From a virus: DNA of 64,000 nucleotides. Positions 38,947-48,796 of this stretch are shown in pieces. Each line of letters opens with the position of its first letter. The stretch's first letter is position 1. Under the pieces are notes generated by a model, which saw only the letters and a program-made list of their open reading frames with translations, was not told the origin of the DNA and made no database searches. Both the position numbers and the translations under genes were made by a program. The DNA lies in the IMG/VR virus record IMGVR_UViG_3300024520_000049, positions 78,596 to 142,595 of that record, one strand, 5' to 3'.

Positions 38947-40599
38947 ATGAGCTTAGATAATGCACTCGCTGTGATGGGCTTCGACAAAGTACGCGCAGGG
39001 CAGCGAAAGATGGTAGAGGCAGTAATCGCCGGTGGTGATCTGCTGGGCGTAATGCCCACAGGCAGCGGCAAGAGTGGGGTATACATTTTACCCTGCCTTG
39101 CTAATCGCTGGAGGGGGCTGATCTTCAGCCCCCTGATCTCCTTGCAGGGGGATCAAGTACAAAAGTTGACAGACCGGGGTGTTTCGGCCGCGGCAATTAA
39201 CTCCACAAACTCTTCGGAGTGTAACCAGCAGACACTGGACGCATGGTGCGCAGGGAATCTGCAGTTCTTATTTGTGGCGCCAGAGCAGTTGGCGCGTGAC
39301 CAGTTCCGTGCGACGCTTCTGGAGTATCGGCCGGATCTTGTAGTGGTGGATGAAGTGCATACCGCCGCCGCGTGGGCCGATGACTTTCGGCCGGCGTACA
39401 AACTCATCGCGCCGGTAGTCCGTCAATTGCGGCCGGCACAGTTACTGTGTCTGACAGCGACGCTGACGCCAGACAACGAGGCGTCAGTGCGGACAATCAT
39501 GGGAATGGAGACCGCGCAAAAGATATCCCATTACAAACGCCGCAAGAACCTGGAGCTCAGCTCGAGGTACTGTGCGACAACAAAGGACATTGTAGACATT
39601 GCTCGGGAGTCCACAGGCCCGACCATCATCTACTGTGCGACAGTAGCACGTATCGAGAAGCATCTGTTCCCTGCTATGCAGAAGGCGTTTGCTGACTCAG
39701 GCGGGGTGATCAAGTATCATGGACAGCTCTCCGCGTCCGCACGTGAGATGAACATGAAGATGTTTATGCAGGGGATGGCCAAGTATGTCCTTGCAACAAA
39801 TGCATTCGGGCTCGGCGTGGACAAAGCCGACGTACGGATGGTGCTACACGCGGACACGCCCGGATCAGTCGAAGCCTACGCACAGGAGGCTGGCCGTGCC
39901 GGCAGAGATGGTAAGCCCTCCAAGTGCGTGCTTGGGTACAATGAAGGTTCGATACGTACTCAGAAGTTTTTCGTGGACTCAAAAAATCCTCCGCGGAAAG
40001 ACTACGAAGCCACCTGGGCGGCGCTGCTTAAACTTACTCAGCAGGGTAAGACGGCTATCACCATGACACTGGATGAGATCGCCAGCAACGCTGGTGTGAA
40101 GGCCCCGCAGCTGGGCGCAGTGATGAACGTGCTGCAAGGGGCGAAGCTGGTCTCACGAACGAGTGGGAGGTACGTAGAGACCGTAAAAATACTCGGCAAC
40201 CGCCCAACTGACAATGAAGAACTCACAGAGGTCTACGACCGCATTGTAATTGGGATGACGTACGGGCAGACAGCCATATCTATGCCGCCCTCCGATATGG
40301 CGAAGCTCATTAAAGTAAAAACCGTGACAGGCATGCGCCAGCTGATGGTCGCTTTAGAGGTGGCAGAGGCCGTAGACTACACACCCGCTAGTCGGGCGAA
40401 AACAACCCAGCTCCGCACAACAGAGCTGAGCCTGGACTGGGATCGACTGGCGAAGAAGCGAGTACGTGAGCTCACCAGCCTCGCCCACGTGCAGACGTAC
40501 CTGGACGTCACAAAGAAAAACAAGCACAGCGCTCTGGAGTATTACTTTGAAAACGGTAGTGTTCCAAAGAACGAAGCGGCGTTTGATACTTGTGACTGA
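38947..40599 (+). CDS. recQ: RecQ-family DNA helicase
   Basis: MPTGSGKS, SPLISL, VDEVH..WADDFRPAY, LTAT, ATNAFGLGVDKADVR, QEAGRAGRDG. Confidence 0.93.
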   Translation: MSLDNALAVMGFDKVRAGQRKMVEAVIAGGDLLGVMPTGSGKSGVYILPCLANRWRGLIFSPLISLQGDQVQKLTDRGVSAAAINSTNSSECNQQTLDAWCAGNLQFLFVAPEQLARDQFRATLLEYRPDLVVVDEVHTAAAWADDFRPAYKLIAPVVRQLRPAQLLCLTATLTPDNEASVRTIMGMETAQKISHYKRRKNLELSSRYCATTKDIVDIARESTGPTIIYCATVARIEKHLFPAMQKAFADSGGVIKYHGQLSASAREMNMKMFMQGMAKYVLATNAFGLGVDKADVRMVLHADTPGSVEAYAQEAGRAGRDGKPSKCVLGYNEGSIRTQKFFVDSKNPPRKDYEATWAALLKLTQQGKTAITMTLDEIASNAGVKAPQLGAVMNVLQGAKLVSRTSGRYVETVKILGNRPTDNEELTEVYDRIVIGMTYGQTAISMPPSDMAKLIKVKTVTGMRQLMVALEVAEAVDYTPASRAKTTQLRTTELSLDWDRLAKKRVRELTSLAHVQTYLDVTKKNKHSALEYYFENGSVPKNEAAFDTCD

Positions 40600-41263
40600 A
40601 GCGGAGCGTCTTATCGATGAGCTGTCTTATGAAGACATACAACGCTACTCTCGTTATTTCTTGTCAGTGGCGCCGAAAACTCCAGACGAGTTTCTGCGCC
40701 GCTGGTTGTTCTCATTCTCGTCTATTCAGACGGGGTGGGCGCAAAACGTGGCGTTGTACAACGCCATTAAAGATCTACAATGGGGGTGGTCAGAAGACGC
40801 CTTGCTGGGGTGCATAAAAGGCTCAAAGGCCGGGTTGCACAACAGACGCTGCCGTTTCATTTGGGGGTTTTACGAGCAATTCCGTAAAAATCCTGCTAAG
40901 TTTTACGGTAGGAAGGGCGAAAGCTGGGTAGATTATCGGGATCGCCTCATGGGAATGATCCCCGGTATCGGCCTGGCTAAGACAGCCTTCGTGCTTGAAA
41001 TGACGTGGCCTATCAAGGCGCAGATTTGCTGCCTGGACCGTCACATTATAAGGATGTTTGGAGAGAACGCAGAAAAGATTACGAATAAGAAGTACAAAGA
41101 ACTTGAGCAAGAATGGGTAAGGTTGTGTAAACGAAAGGGCGCTCCTCCTGCGATCGCCCGGGCAATATGCTGGGATAAGATACAGGATGAGTCAGACAGC
41201 AGCTACTGGTGCTGCGTGTTTCACGAAGAACGAACGATACTATCGAGGGCGCTGGCGGTATGA
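40592..41263 (+). CDS. HhH DNA glycosylase (8-oxoG glycosylase/OGG2-like)
   Basis: IPGIGLAKTAF helix-hairpin-helix followed by CLDRHIIR; start GTG 40592 inferred. Confidence 0.75.
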   Translation: MTEAERLIDELSYEDIQRYSRYFLSVAPKTPDEFLRRWLFSFSSIQTGWAQNVALYNAIKDLQWGWSEDALLGCIKGSKAGLHNRRCRFIWGFYEQFRKNPAKFYGRKGESWVDYRDRLMGMIPGIGLAKTAFVLEMTWPIKAQICCLDRHIIRMFGENAEKITNKKYKELEQEWVRLCKRKGAPPAIARAICWDKIQDESDSSYWCCVFHEERTILSRALAV

Positions 41264-41718
41264 AAGAATGGTGGCAAGGTTTACCATCGATAATGGACGT
41301 AGAGGTATCGCAAGGGTCGGGGTCGCAGAAACCCCTCCCTGGGCAGATACTTCCATGTATGCTGTGTAAGAAGCCATTTCTTATGCGCAAGTACCTTGGA
41401 CCTCCGGACCAGATATGTTCGGAGTGCTTCAAAACTTATGCTGATGCTGCGAAGATCGTGTGCGTTAAGTGTAAGGCTGTCATCGCCAGGGTTAAGCCCG
41501 AGGTGTTGGACAGTGGTTTCTACATAAGGCCGAAGGCCGTGCTGCACACCGACAAATGTGGGATGTGCTATGTGGGGACTGAGGAGCGGTGGACGTCCAC
41601 TGTTATCGAGGTAGCCGAATGGGAGACACGAATTGGTCGCCGCAAGACGACTATCTTCCTGGCCAAGCTCGGCCCCGAGAATGTTCCAACAATAACGAAA
41701 AACGAAAAGAAGGAGTAA
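41260..41718 (+). CDS. Cys-rich (zinc-binding) hypothetical protein
   Basis: Four CxxC pairs. Confidence 0.7.
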   Translation: MKEWWQGLPSIMDVEVSQGSGSQKPLPGQILPCMLCKKPFLMRKYLGPPDQICSECFKTYADAAKIVCVKCKAVIARVKPEVLDSGFYIRPKAVLHTDKCGMCYVGTEERWTSTVIEVAEWETRIGRRKTTIFLAKLGPENVPTITKNEKKE

Positions 41719-41721
41719 CCC

Positions 41722-41931
41722 ATGGTTAACTTTATCATAGGTCTCACTGCCGGCTTCATTACCGGCGTAGGTTATGCTGAGCGTCACGAGCGCCCTTGGC
41801 ATGAGCTGAAAACCTCATTAGCGTGCAGCGCCATCGGCGCGTACCGTCTGGTGAAAGGTGGCCCTCACGCCCCGACACCAGAAGATGCCACGTCTGAGCC
41901 ACCAGTTGGCGCAGAGCAGTCCGCAGCCTGA
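41722..41931 (+). CDS. small membrane-anchored hypothetical protein
   Basis: AGGAG RBS; hydrophobic N-terminus. Confidence 0.6.
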   Translation: MVNFIIGLTAGFITGVGYAERHERPWHELKTSLACSAIGAYRLVKGGPHAPTPEDATSEPPVGAEQSAA

Positions 41932-42677
41932 TGCTGCAATGCTGCGAGTGGGCAAAGACTGAGCTTCGGGGGGAGTTTGGGGTGGTTATCGCCTCAGACT
42001 CCTCCCAGGAGTGGCTGCTGCCTTGGTGGTTTCGCAAGTTCCGGAAACACAACCCAGACGTTTTTGTCACGCTATTTGATCTTGGCATGACTACTGACGG
42101 GCGCAATGTGGCAGAGAGCCTTTGCCACGACGTCCGGAAGCTGGAGATCCCCTTCAAGGTTCTTGGCTGGATGTGTAAACCGTTTGCCGTCGTGCAGGCG
42201 CCGTACTCTATCATCTTGTGGATCGACTTAGACTGCGAGGTGCTTCACTCCGTGAGAGAGTTCGGTCTGCTGAACTCTCTCATCAATCACCTGTATCTAC
42301 ACCCAGACGAGGGGACGCCTCCTGAGTGGCAAGCCAAGCTGCTCCCCGGCGAGGTGATGTATAACAGCGGGGTGCTTCTGGTTAACAACGGGCACCCGGC
42401 TATGCCTGAGTGGGCACGGGCCTGCCTGGAGGGGCTGAACTACGTACGCAGTGATCAGGAGGCGCTCTCCCGCGTGCTGCACCTGCGGCAGACTGTTGTG
42501 GGCGAGCTTGGGGCTGAGTGGAATAACCTGCGACTCGACCCTCCTGTGCGCAACCCAAAGATACGGCACTGGACCGGCCCTCACGGCAAGGCCATCATCC
42601 GTGACCAGATAGCGAGTCAGCAGTGGCGCAAAAACTTCATCCAAACCGAGCCGAGGTTCACTGATGACGTTCTTTGA
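41931..42677 (+). CDS. GT-A fold glycosyltransferase (GT8-like)
   Basis: KPFA, WIDLD (DxD), YNSGVLL, SDQEAL, WN, RHWTG. Confidence 0.82.
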   Translation: MLQCCEWAKTELRGEFGVVIASDSSQEWLLPWWFRKFRKHNPDVFVTLFDLGMTTDGRNVAESLCHDVRKLEIPFKVLGWMCKPFAVVQAPYSIILWIDLDCEVLHSVREFGLLNSLINHLYLHPDEGTPPEWQAKLLPGEVMYNSGVLLVNNGHPAMPEWARACLEGLNYVRSDQEALSRVLHLRQTVVGELGAEWNNLRLDPPVRNPKIRHWTGPHGKAIIRDQIASQQWRKNFIQTEPRFTDDVL

Positions 42678-43992
42678 AAGCTATCGGCAGATGACGCTGG
42701 AGGACCTTCACGATGAAGGAGCGCCACCGAGCGGTATATGGACAGAGAGCCATGGGCTGTCTTCCGCGGTACCTGAGTGGTTTGGCGCGCGCAAGGTCAG
42801 GCCCAGAGAGGATCTGTTCCCCTACGCACTTAGGGATAAGAGCCCCACCCGGGAAAACGGCTATGCGCTATGGGATTGGATTGTCTGCGGCGGTCGGCCG
42901 AAATCACGGCGCGCGTCTCATGACAGGTTCCAGCCTGAGCTTACAGTAGACGATTTTTCGGTAGCGCGCAGCACCAACGTGTACTGGGCCAAAAGCGTGT
43001 GGCCGCAATACGCCGCGCGAGCGATGGATGGCGGCAGCATGATACTCGATCTTTCTCTGCTTCCCCTGGAGGAGGCCGACCAGCTACTGAAGATGGCGCA
43101 CCACATGGCGCATGTACGCGGTGACGCCAAAGCGCGCAAGAGCGGCTGCTGGCCGAACTTCATGGCCACAAGCCGAAGCTTTGCTCAGGCGGCCGCGGAG
43201 TTGGCCGTCGCGCGCCAGCTGGACCTACCCATCGATCCGACACAGCACAACTCCCTGCCCTGGGGTGTGGTTGCAGTACCCTCGCCGCGGGCGGGGTTCA
43301 CGGAACGTCCGGCGATAATGCAGGTGCCTTTCGCGCGCCGGAGCAATCCATCTGATAACCTTATATACATCTGCGTGGGTGTCGAAGCCGGCGGAGACCC
43401 ACTGCAGGTGACAGACATTACGGACAAAACCTCCCCCACGGACTGGTGGAGCTATCAACCACTCCGGCTACATATCTGCGGGTGGGAGACAGCCGCCTGG
43501 GTGTTCTCGCAAGAGACCGCACGACCGCTGAAGTTCGGCTGGGAGTCCACGACGCGGCAAGCGATCACGTCATTGAACGCTGACCTGATGCCGGTGACGG
43601 CCCTGCACCACGTGCTTGCTGAGCATCGCGCCGCACCCAAAGGGTATAAGCATATTTCGGAGTGGCTCGAAGAGGATTGGGAGCGGCCGGGCACCCCGTC
43701 ACTCCCCTGCCCGGCGTGCCTGCTCCGCCCATTATACCCTGCGCAGTCTTTCAGGCTGCCATGGTGGCGTAGCATGTTTGACCCGGACTTAGCGGAAAAG
43801 GAGCAGAGAGATGTTCGCAAAGCGTTTAATAAGACGCTACGTTCCGTCCTAAATTCAGTGCGCATCGAGAAGGGGCAGCAAGGGGCGCTGACACCCAAGG
43901 AGTACGCCCGTAAGTATAAACTGAATCGCGACTTGTGGGAGGCTAAGCTGAAAACTATAAGAGCAAAAGACCGAAAACGAAGGAGGGGCTGA
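42664..43992 (+). CDS. hypothetical protein
   Basis: 442-aa ORF coupled to neighbours; no motif recognised. Confidence 0.7.
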   Translation: MTFFESYRQMTLEDLHDEGAPPSGIWTESHGLSSAVPEWFGARKVRPREDLFPYALRDKSPTRENGYALWDWIVCGGRPKSRRASHDRFQPELTVDDFSVARSTNVYWAKSVWPQYAARAMDGGSMILDLSLLPLEEADQLLKMAHHMAHVRGDAKARKSGCWPNFMATSRSFAQAAAELAVARQLDLPIDPTQHNSLPWGVVAVPSPRAGFTERPAIMQVPFARRSNPSDNLIYICVGVEAGGDPLQVTDITDKTSPTDWWSYQPLRLHICGWETAAWVFSQETARPLKFGWESTTRQAITSLNADLMPVTALHHVLAEHRAAPKGYKHISEWLEEDWERPGTPSLPCPACLLRPLYPAQSFRLPWWRSMFDPDLAEKEQRDVRKAFNKTLRSVLNSVRIEKGQQGALTPKEYARKYKLNRDLWEAKLKTIRAKDRKRRRG

Positions 43993-44564
43993 TGAGTATC
44001 AACATAATGACCGTAGACCCGTCTCTGTGCAACACAGCACTGGTTGTGTTCCAGGTGACAACCGCGTACCCGAAATGGACGATCGTGTCTACCCAGGTTC
44101 TTCGCACGGAGGCGGAGGCGAAAAAGAGGGGTATTTACAAAGCCGACGACGAGACCCGCAGAATCGAGTTTCTCGTTCGCGGCCTGCGGACGCTGTACGA
44201 GGCTTACACGCCGAAGTTGATCGTTACAGAGATAACAAAAGGTGAGCCGAAAAGTAAGCACGCCGCGGCCACTCTGGCTATTGCAAAAACCATCATAGTG
44301 GCGTCCGCGGCGTTGTGGGATGTCCCTGTAGTGTATGTGGATCAGGCCGATGTGAAGAAGGCCATGTGCGGCAAGAAGACCGCGACGAAGACAGAGATGA
44401 AAAATCGCGCCGCGGAGCTTTATCCTGACCTCCGAGAGGAGTATGAAAGTACGCAGTCGAAGGACGGCTGGCTGGGTACGTTTGAACATGTCGCTGATGC
44501 CATCGGCGTTTTTGAGTCAGTCAAGCACTCGTCCCAGGTACAGCTGCTGCGGGGTTTGGTGTAA
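43992..44564 (+). CDS. ruvC: RuvC-like Holliday junction resolvase
   Basis: VDPSLCNTA, IVTE, VKKAMCG..ATK, HVADAIG. Confidence 0.88.
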   Translation: MSINIMTVDPSLCNTALVVFQVTTAYPKWTIVSTQVLRTEAEAKKRGIYKADDETRRIEFLVRGLRTLYEAYTPKLIVTEITKGEPKSKHAAATLAIAKTIIVASAALWDVPVVYVDQADVKKAMCGKKTATKTEMKNRAAELYPDLREEYESTQSKDGWLGTFEHVADAIGVFESVKHSSQVQLLRGLV

Positions 44565-44941
44565 TGAAACCATCTTGGAGTAGCGTCGGGAGTGAAGAGG
44601 TTGTTGTGCAAGGCGCCGCAGCGAATATCTCAGCGCTCACACAGATTACGATGACCTCGTGCCTCCAGTCCATGCTACTGTTCGGCGTTGGGGGGATCGA
44701 GGTCGGGTACACTGGGATTGTTGGCAGCCTGAGCCCCGTGACCTATGATATGCGGATCGGTGCCATAAAACGCCCAGAGTGCCTGGAGGTGCGCAAGAAG
44801 CCAGTGTGCCTCCACTGGGCTCATCTGCTGTGCATCGCCGGCCTATCCAGGCTGGAGATGAATCCGACCGCCAAAGATGTCGCCAAAACGGTTGACGCTT
44901 GGAATAACATTTACAACAACGAGAAGGAGAAAAATGGCTAA
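44564..44941 (+). CDS. hypothetical protein
   Basis: TAATG coupling. Confidence 0.6.
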   Translation: MKPSWSSVGSEEVVVQGAAANISALTQITMTSCLQSMLLFGVGGIEVGYTGIVGSLSPVTYDMRIGAIKRPECLEVRKKPVCLHWAHLLCIAGLSRLEMNPTAKDVAKTVDAWNNIYNNEKEKNG

Positions 44942-45398
44942 CATTGATGACGAAGACCAAAGGCCGCTCACCCCGGACGACGAGGGGTTTTATGAGTTTT
45001 ATGCGACCAACGCTATGACGACGTGGGTGCAGAATCCACTGATTGATATTCCCTACCAGGTGTTCGGGCAAATGGTGCTGGACTTGGTGTTTCGAGCACA
45101 CCCAGATTTGAACGGGTATGAGACTGCATCAGCTTTCGGCCCCGATCGCCGAGTCGGAGAGCTCCGACGTGTCTACGCTGGGTGCTGGGGGGAGGCATCG
45201 CTACTATCTGCGGAGGGGTTTTGGTGCGAAGAGGTCATGTCCAAGCTCGCCGCCACCCTCGACGAGCTTATGGCTGACGAGTCTAACATGATGGTAGCAG
45301 GAAGTTTGCGCTGTGACGTAGCTCCCGGCGGCGTAACCGTTGAGAGCCTCCCCAGTGTGAACGTCTACTTCCTATATGCTGTGAGGCCTTCTCTATGA
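44934..45398 (+). CDS. hypothetical protein
   Basis: AAGGAG RBS before ATG 44934. Confidence 0.65.
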   Translation: MANIDDEDQRPLTPDDEGFYEFYATNAMTTWVQNPLIDIPYQVFGQMVLDLVFRAHPDLNGYETASAFGPDRRVGELRRVYAGCWGEASLLSAEGFWCEEVMSKLAATLDELMADESNMMVAGSLRCDVAPGGVTVESLPSVNVYFLYAVRPSL

Positions 45399-46006
45399 GC
45401 GAAGAAACTGAACCAGCAGATAAGCAGGAGGAGGCTGTGGACCCGTCCAAGCACTATTACCTGCTGTACAAAGACCCGGAGTCAGAAGAGGGTACGCGCA
45501 GCCGGTTCCCGCTTAAGAACCTACCTTTCATTAAGCGTGAGCTTATGCGCGTCTGCAAGGAGAACACGGCGTTTGCGGGGCAGTCTGCGAAGCTGGTTAC
45601 GTATATCCCGTTCACTTTGGAGGGGTCGACCAGCTTTAACGAGAGCGTGGTGGTTGAGGGTCCAGTATCCTATATCATTGAGTTCTTAGAGAAGCACACG
45701 ATGCCGGCAGACCAGGCAATGCAGGCATTCGCGCGATTCGTCGCGTCCATGGCGGAGCAGTCGGATCTGAAGATCGCCAGCGTCATCTGTGTGCTGGACG
45801 ACCCGGAGGTCGGGCTCACGCCTAAGTCCTTCACGATACCCTTCAACGGCGCCGGCAAAGAGGCGCTGATGTGCTTCAATAACGCGGCGCATGTACATCT
45901 GGAGAAGTTCGAGGCGGACTGTCGGGAGAAAGGTCATGATCTCCGCCGGCAGCCGGGAGACGATATCATCCGCCCCGGTGACGGGCTATACCGAGGGCCT
46001 ACATGA
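45395..46006 (+). CDS. hypothetical protein
   Basis: ATGA overlap. Confidence 0.7.
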   Translation: MSEETEPADKQEEAVDPSKHYYLLYKDPESEEGTRSRFPLKNLPFIKRELMRVCKENTAFAGQSAKLVTYIPFTLEGSTSFNESVVVEGPVSYIIEFLEKHTMPADQAMQAFARFVASMAEQSDLKIASVICVLDDPEVGLTPKSFTIPFNGAGKEALMCFNNAAHVHLEKFEADCREKGHDLRRQPGDDIIRPGDGLYRGPT

Positions 46007-46007
46007 T

Positions 46008-46394
46008 ATGCAGTATCTGGTGGCAATCCCCGGAGACGGGGCGTATGAGGAGGAAGCGCTCGAAGCTGGCGAACCCGTGGTTCCAGCATTCTGCATGGGC
46101 GCGTGTAACCACTTCATTGGCGTTAAAGCTGATGGGCGGGTAAGCACAGCACGAGTTATGGAGTTCACTGAAGACCCAGATGAGCTCCTTAAATTGTTTT
46201 GCGCGCAGTACCCTGGCCTACCTAAAAAAATGCTGGAAGACGTCCTGTTCAACGTAGTCAAAGTTGCGTCCGCATTGGATAAGCTCGACCGCTTCAGAGT
46301 GTTCGTTCAACCTCACAGCGCTACACTGCAGTCAACCATTGATGAAGAACTCGTCCCGATCTGGGAGGATATGGATACTACCAAGTACTTATAA
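46008..46394 (+). CDS. hypothetical protein
   Basis: ATG directly after the upstream stop. Confidence 0.6.
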   Translation: MQYLVAIPGDGAYEEEALEAGEPVVPAFCMGACNHFIGVKADGRVSTARVMEFTEDPDELLKLFCAQYPGLPKKMLEDVLFNVVKVASALDKLDRFRVFVQPHSATLQSTIDEELVPIWEDMDTTKYL

Positions 46395-47359
46395 TGTCGA
46401 CGTTTAAGCGAAAGTTGATGTCCCGATCGAAGCCCCACCTGGTGCATGTGATGCCGAAGGTGGAGCTGAGCGGGCCGCTAATGTTCGTGCGGGATCTTGC
46501 CGTCCGCGCGCGGGAGTTCGACCATACGATCATCGGGTTCAACGCGGCCAAAGATGCCGACGAGGAGCTTGATAAGTTCTTAAGCGCTTATGGCGTTGAC
46601 GTTTACTATCTGAACAGTGTGAAGCTGAACAACGGGCACATCCGGAGAGTCGGAGGAACCCACGTGGTGTTCTACGATCTCTCCATGCGGCATCTGGACG
46701 GCAAGCGCCACCCCGGGGTGAACTACCCGTCGATGTATTATGCGTACAGCACGCGGGACCCGGAGGTGCGCACTGCTGTTACGGTTTACAGCCGTGAGGA
46801 TGTTCACGAACTGGAGCCTGACTTTGTGATCGCGCCTGGCGTGGCCAAAGGAGAATGCCAGAAGTATCACCAAAGCCGACGTGCGCTGCTCAAGGAGCGT
46901 CTGGGCGTGACCTTGCTGGCTGGCCGTAAAGACAAGTTCCATACGAAGCTTGCGGTACGCCTGATGTCGGCGCTGGACTCGAAGCACTGGGTGCTGATGC
47001 TCACAGAGTTCCCTGGCCAGGACCCATTCGGGCTTCTGGCTGCAAAAGAGGCAGCCATTGAGAAGAAGTTGCTGGCCCCATGTAAATTTCGGCCAGGCGT
47101 GGCGACCTTCTATTTGAGCTACGCCACTGTTCACCTGTCAACCGGATGCCAACGCATCGACGCGGAGGCTGGCATGTTTAAGGTACCCATTGTAGACGGG
47201 CTACAACCCATAGACGGGGTTCTGGAGGATATCGATAAGATCGTAACCGACCCGGACTTCCGCACCAAAGCAAGGAAAAGAAGTCAGCTCGCGGCCGATA
47301 GCTGTGACCTGAGGATGACCATTACCCACTATAAAAACATTATAAGGGCATGTGTATGA
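46394..47359 (+). CDS. divergent GT-B fold glycosyltransferase-like protein
   Basis: HLVHVMPKVELSGP..FVRDLA, VIAPGV, EAGMFKVPIV resemble GT4 architecture. Confidence 0.5.
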   Translation: MSTFKRKLMSRSKPHLVHVMPKVELSGPLMFVRDLAVRAREFDHTIIGFNAAKDADEELDKFLSAYGVDVYYLNSVKLNNGHIRRVGGTHVVFYDLSMRHLDGKRHPGVNYPSMYYAYSTRDPEVRTAVTVYSREDVHELEPDFVIAPGVAKGECQKYHQSRRALLKERLGVTLLAGRKDKFHTKLAVRLMSALDSKHWVLMLTEFPGQDPFGLLAAKEAAIEKKLLAPCKFRPGVATFYLSYATVHLSTGCQRIDAEAGMFKVPIVDGLQPIDGVLEDIDKIVTDPDFRTKARKRSQLAADSCDLRMTITHYKNIIRACV

Positions 47360-47718
47360 CAGTAAAATTTCGCTTGATGCTGGAGATCGATGATCAGCCC
47401 AGCACAACAACAGCGGATGAAGTGCTCACCCCTCGGGTGCCGAGGATCGTAGCCATTGAGCCTGATGACAAACCAAACATCATCTCTAAATGGCTTAAGC
47501 GGGTGGTTCCCGCGCGCAGGAAAAAGCGTAAACAGCTTGTACCTGTACCGTGCGACACTATGGCGCGCACGGCGTTAATTATGGAGATACCGAGAAAGGT
47601 GTCACAAGAACTGGCTCATGCCTTGTATGGTATGGACCCCAATGCATGCGAAGACCTGGAGTATGTAGTCAGGCCGCCGCGTGTTGTTAAGAAACAAGAG
47701 GGTGTGCGGACTGTATGA
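47350..47718 (+). CDS. hypothetical protein
   Basis: Overlaps both neighbours. Confidence 0.6.
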   Translation: MCMTVKFRLMLEIDDQPSTTTADEVLTPRVPRIVAIEPDDKPNIISKWLKRVVPARRKKRKQLVPVPCDTMARTALIMEIPRKVSQELAHALYGMDPNACEDLEYVVRPPRVVKKQEGVRTV

Positions 47719-48431
47719 TCCGGGCCTCTTCTGATCGTAAAACACAAGCATATCCCGCGCAGCGCAACACGTTCGGCACTCTTCCAGGATTACCTGGGGA
47801 GGGGGGCACATGCCCCGGAGCGACGACAGGCGCTGGTGGATGCAGCCATGTGTGGAAAGGAAGAAAGACAAAAGTATGTTACGTAGACAAATTGATAAGA
47901 GCCTACAAAGGCGTGAAGGGTGTATTACAGCATAACACTGAAGAACTTACGAAAGCAACACACGACGAAAAAGTAGCTCTGTTTATTACAGAGTTCCTGC
48001 GATTTTATGACGAGGAGAAAAGGCGAGAGAAAAGCGACGCGTTCTGGTATCGACTACATTGGAGCGGTGACGTTCCCGACGAGGAGTACGCCTGGGCCTT
48101 GAAAGAGGCCATGGAGGCGTGCCCTTTTATAAAGTTCTGGGGGTACACCCGATCGTTGTTCAGCGTGCCTATACTTGCGGGCACAAAGAACCTCCGCTGG
48201 TACATATCAGCGGATGCGACCAACGTGGAGGAGTCCTGGGAACTGTATCAGAAATACTTGATGGATCCGGAAGTGAACAACATCCACTTCTGCTATCTGG
48301 GCAAAGAAAGGCCAAAAGAGCTTAAGCTCGCAACGTGCCCTGTAGACGCAGGCAGGCTGGACTTGGAGGGCGGATGCCACAAGTGCCAGCTGTGTTTTAA
48401 GGGCGCACGTATCTTCTTTCCGGAGAAGTAA
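47715..48431 (+). CDS. GP88-like Cys-rich phage protein
   Basis: TCPGAT..GC...CY, YRLHWSGD, FWGYTR, ISAD, CP...CHKCQLC. Confidence 0.7.
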   Translation: MIRASSDRKTQAYPAQRNTFGTLPGLPGEGGTCPGATTGAGGCSHVWKGRKTKVCYVDKLIRAYKGVKGVLQHNTEELTKATHDEKVALFITEFLRFYDEEKRREKSDAFWYRLHWSGDVPDEEYAWALKEAMEACPFIKFWGYTRSLFSVPILAGTKNLRWYISADATNVEESWELYQKYLMDPEVNNIHFCYLGKERPKELKLATCPVDAGRLDLEGGCHKCQLCFKGARIFFPEK

Positions 48432-48796
48432 TGAAGAAACGACGAACAGACGTGTCCGAACGGGACACGTACATCATACTAAAGCTGCTGGCCGCGGGGC
48501 GCGAAAGTGTCACGCGGATCGGCAGCCAGTGGTTGGCGGATAGCGGCAGCAAAGCCGCGAACCTCCGCCACCGCGCCTCAGGGTGGGCTGGCTACCGCTG
48601 CCGGAGCCTGGCCAACACGGGGTTGGTCCGGCGGGTGGAGGTAACGGCCCGGCGGGGGCAATCAGAGTGGGTTTATTATGAACTGACAGGAGAGGGCCGG
48701 CAGCTGCTCAGGGTCTTGGACGATGGGAAAGAACTTTGCAAAGTGCGGGGAAAGTACCAACTTACGAATAAGGTGGAACACGATGATCTTGATTAA
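48431..48796 (+). CDS. winged-helix DNA-binding protein
   Basis: SLANTGLVRR...YYELTGEGR wing motif. Confidence 0.6.
   Translation: MKKRRTDVSERDTYIILKLLAAGRESVTRIGSQWLADSGSKAANLRHRASGWAGYRCRSLANTGLVRRVEVTARRGQSEWVYYELTGEGRQLLRVLDDGKELCKVRGKYQLTNKVEHDDLD

Noticed and set aside
43455-44489. Long minus-strand ORFs (also 24241-25023, 36098-36769, 49703-50398, 5475-6107)
   Set aside because: Antisense shadows of well-supported + strand genes, with no motifs.
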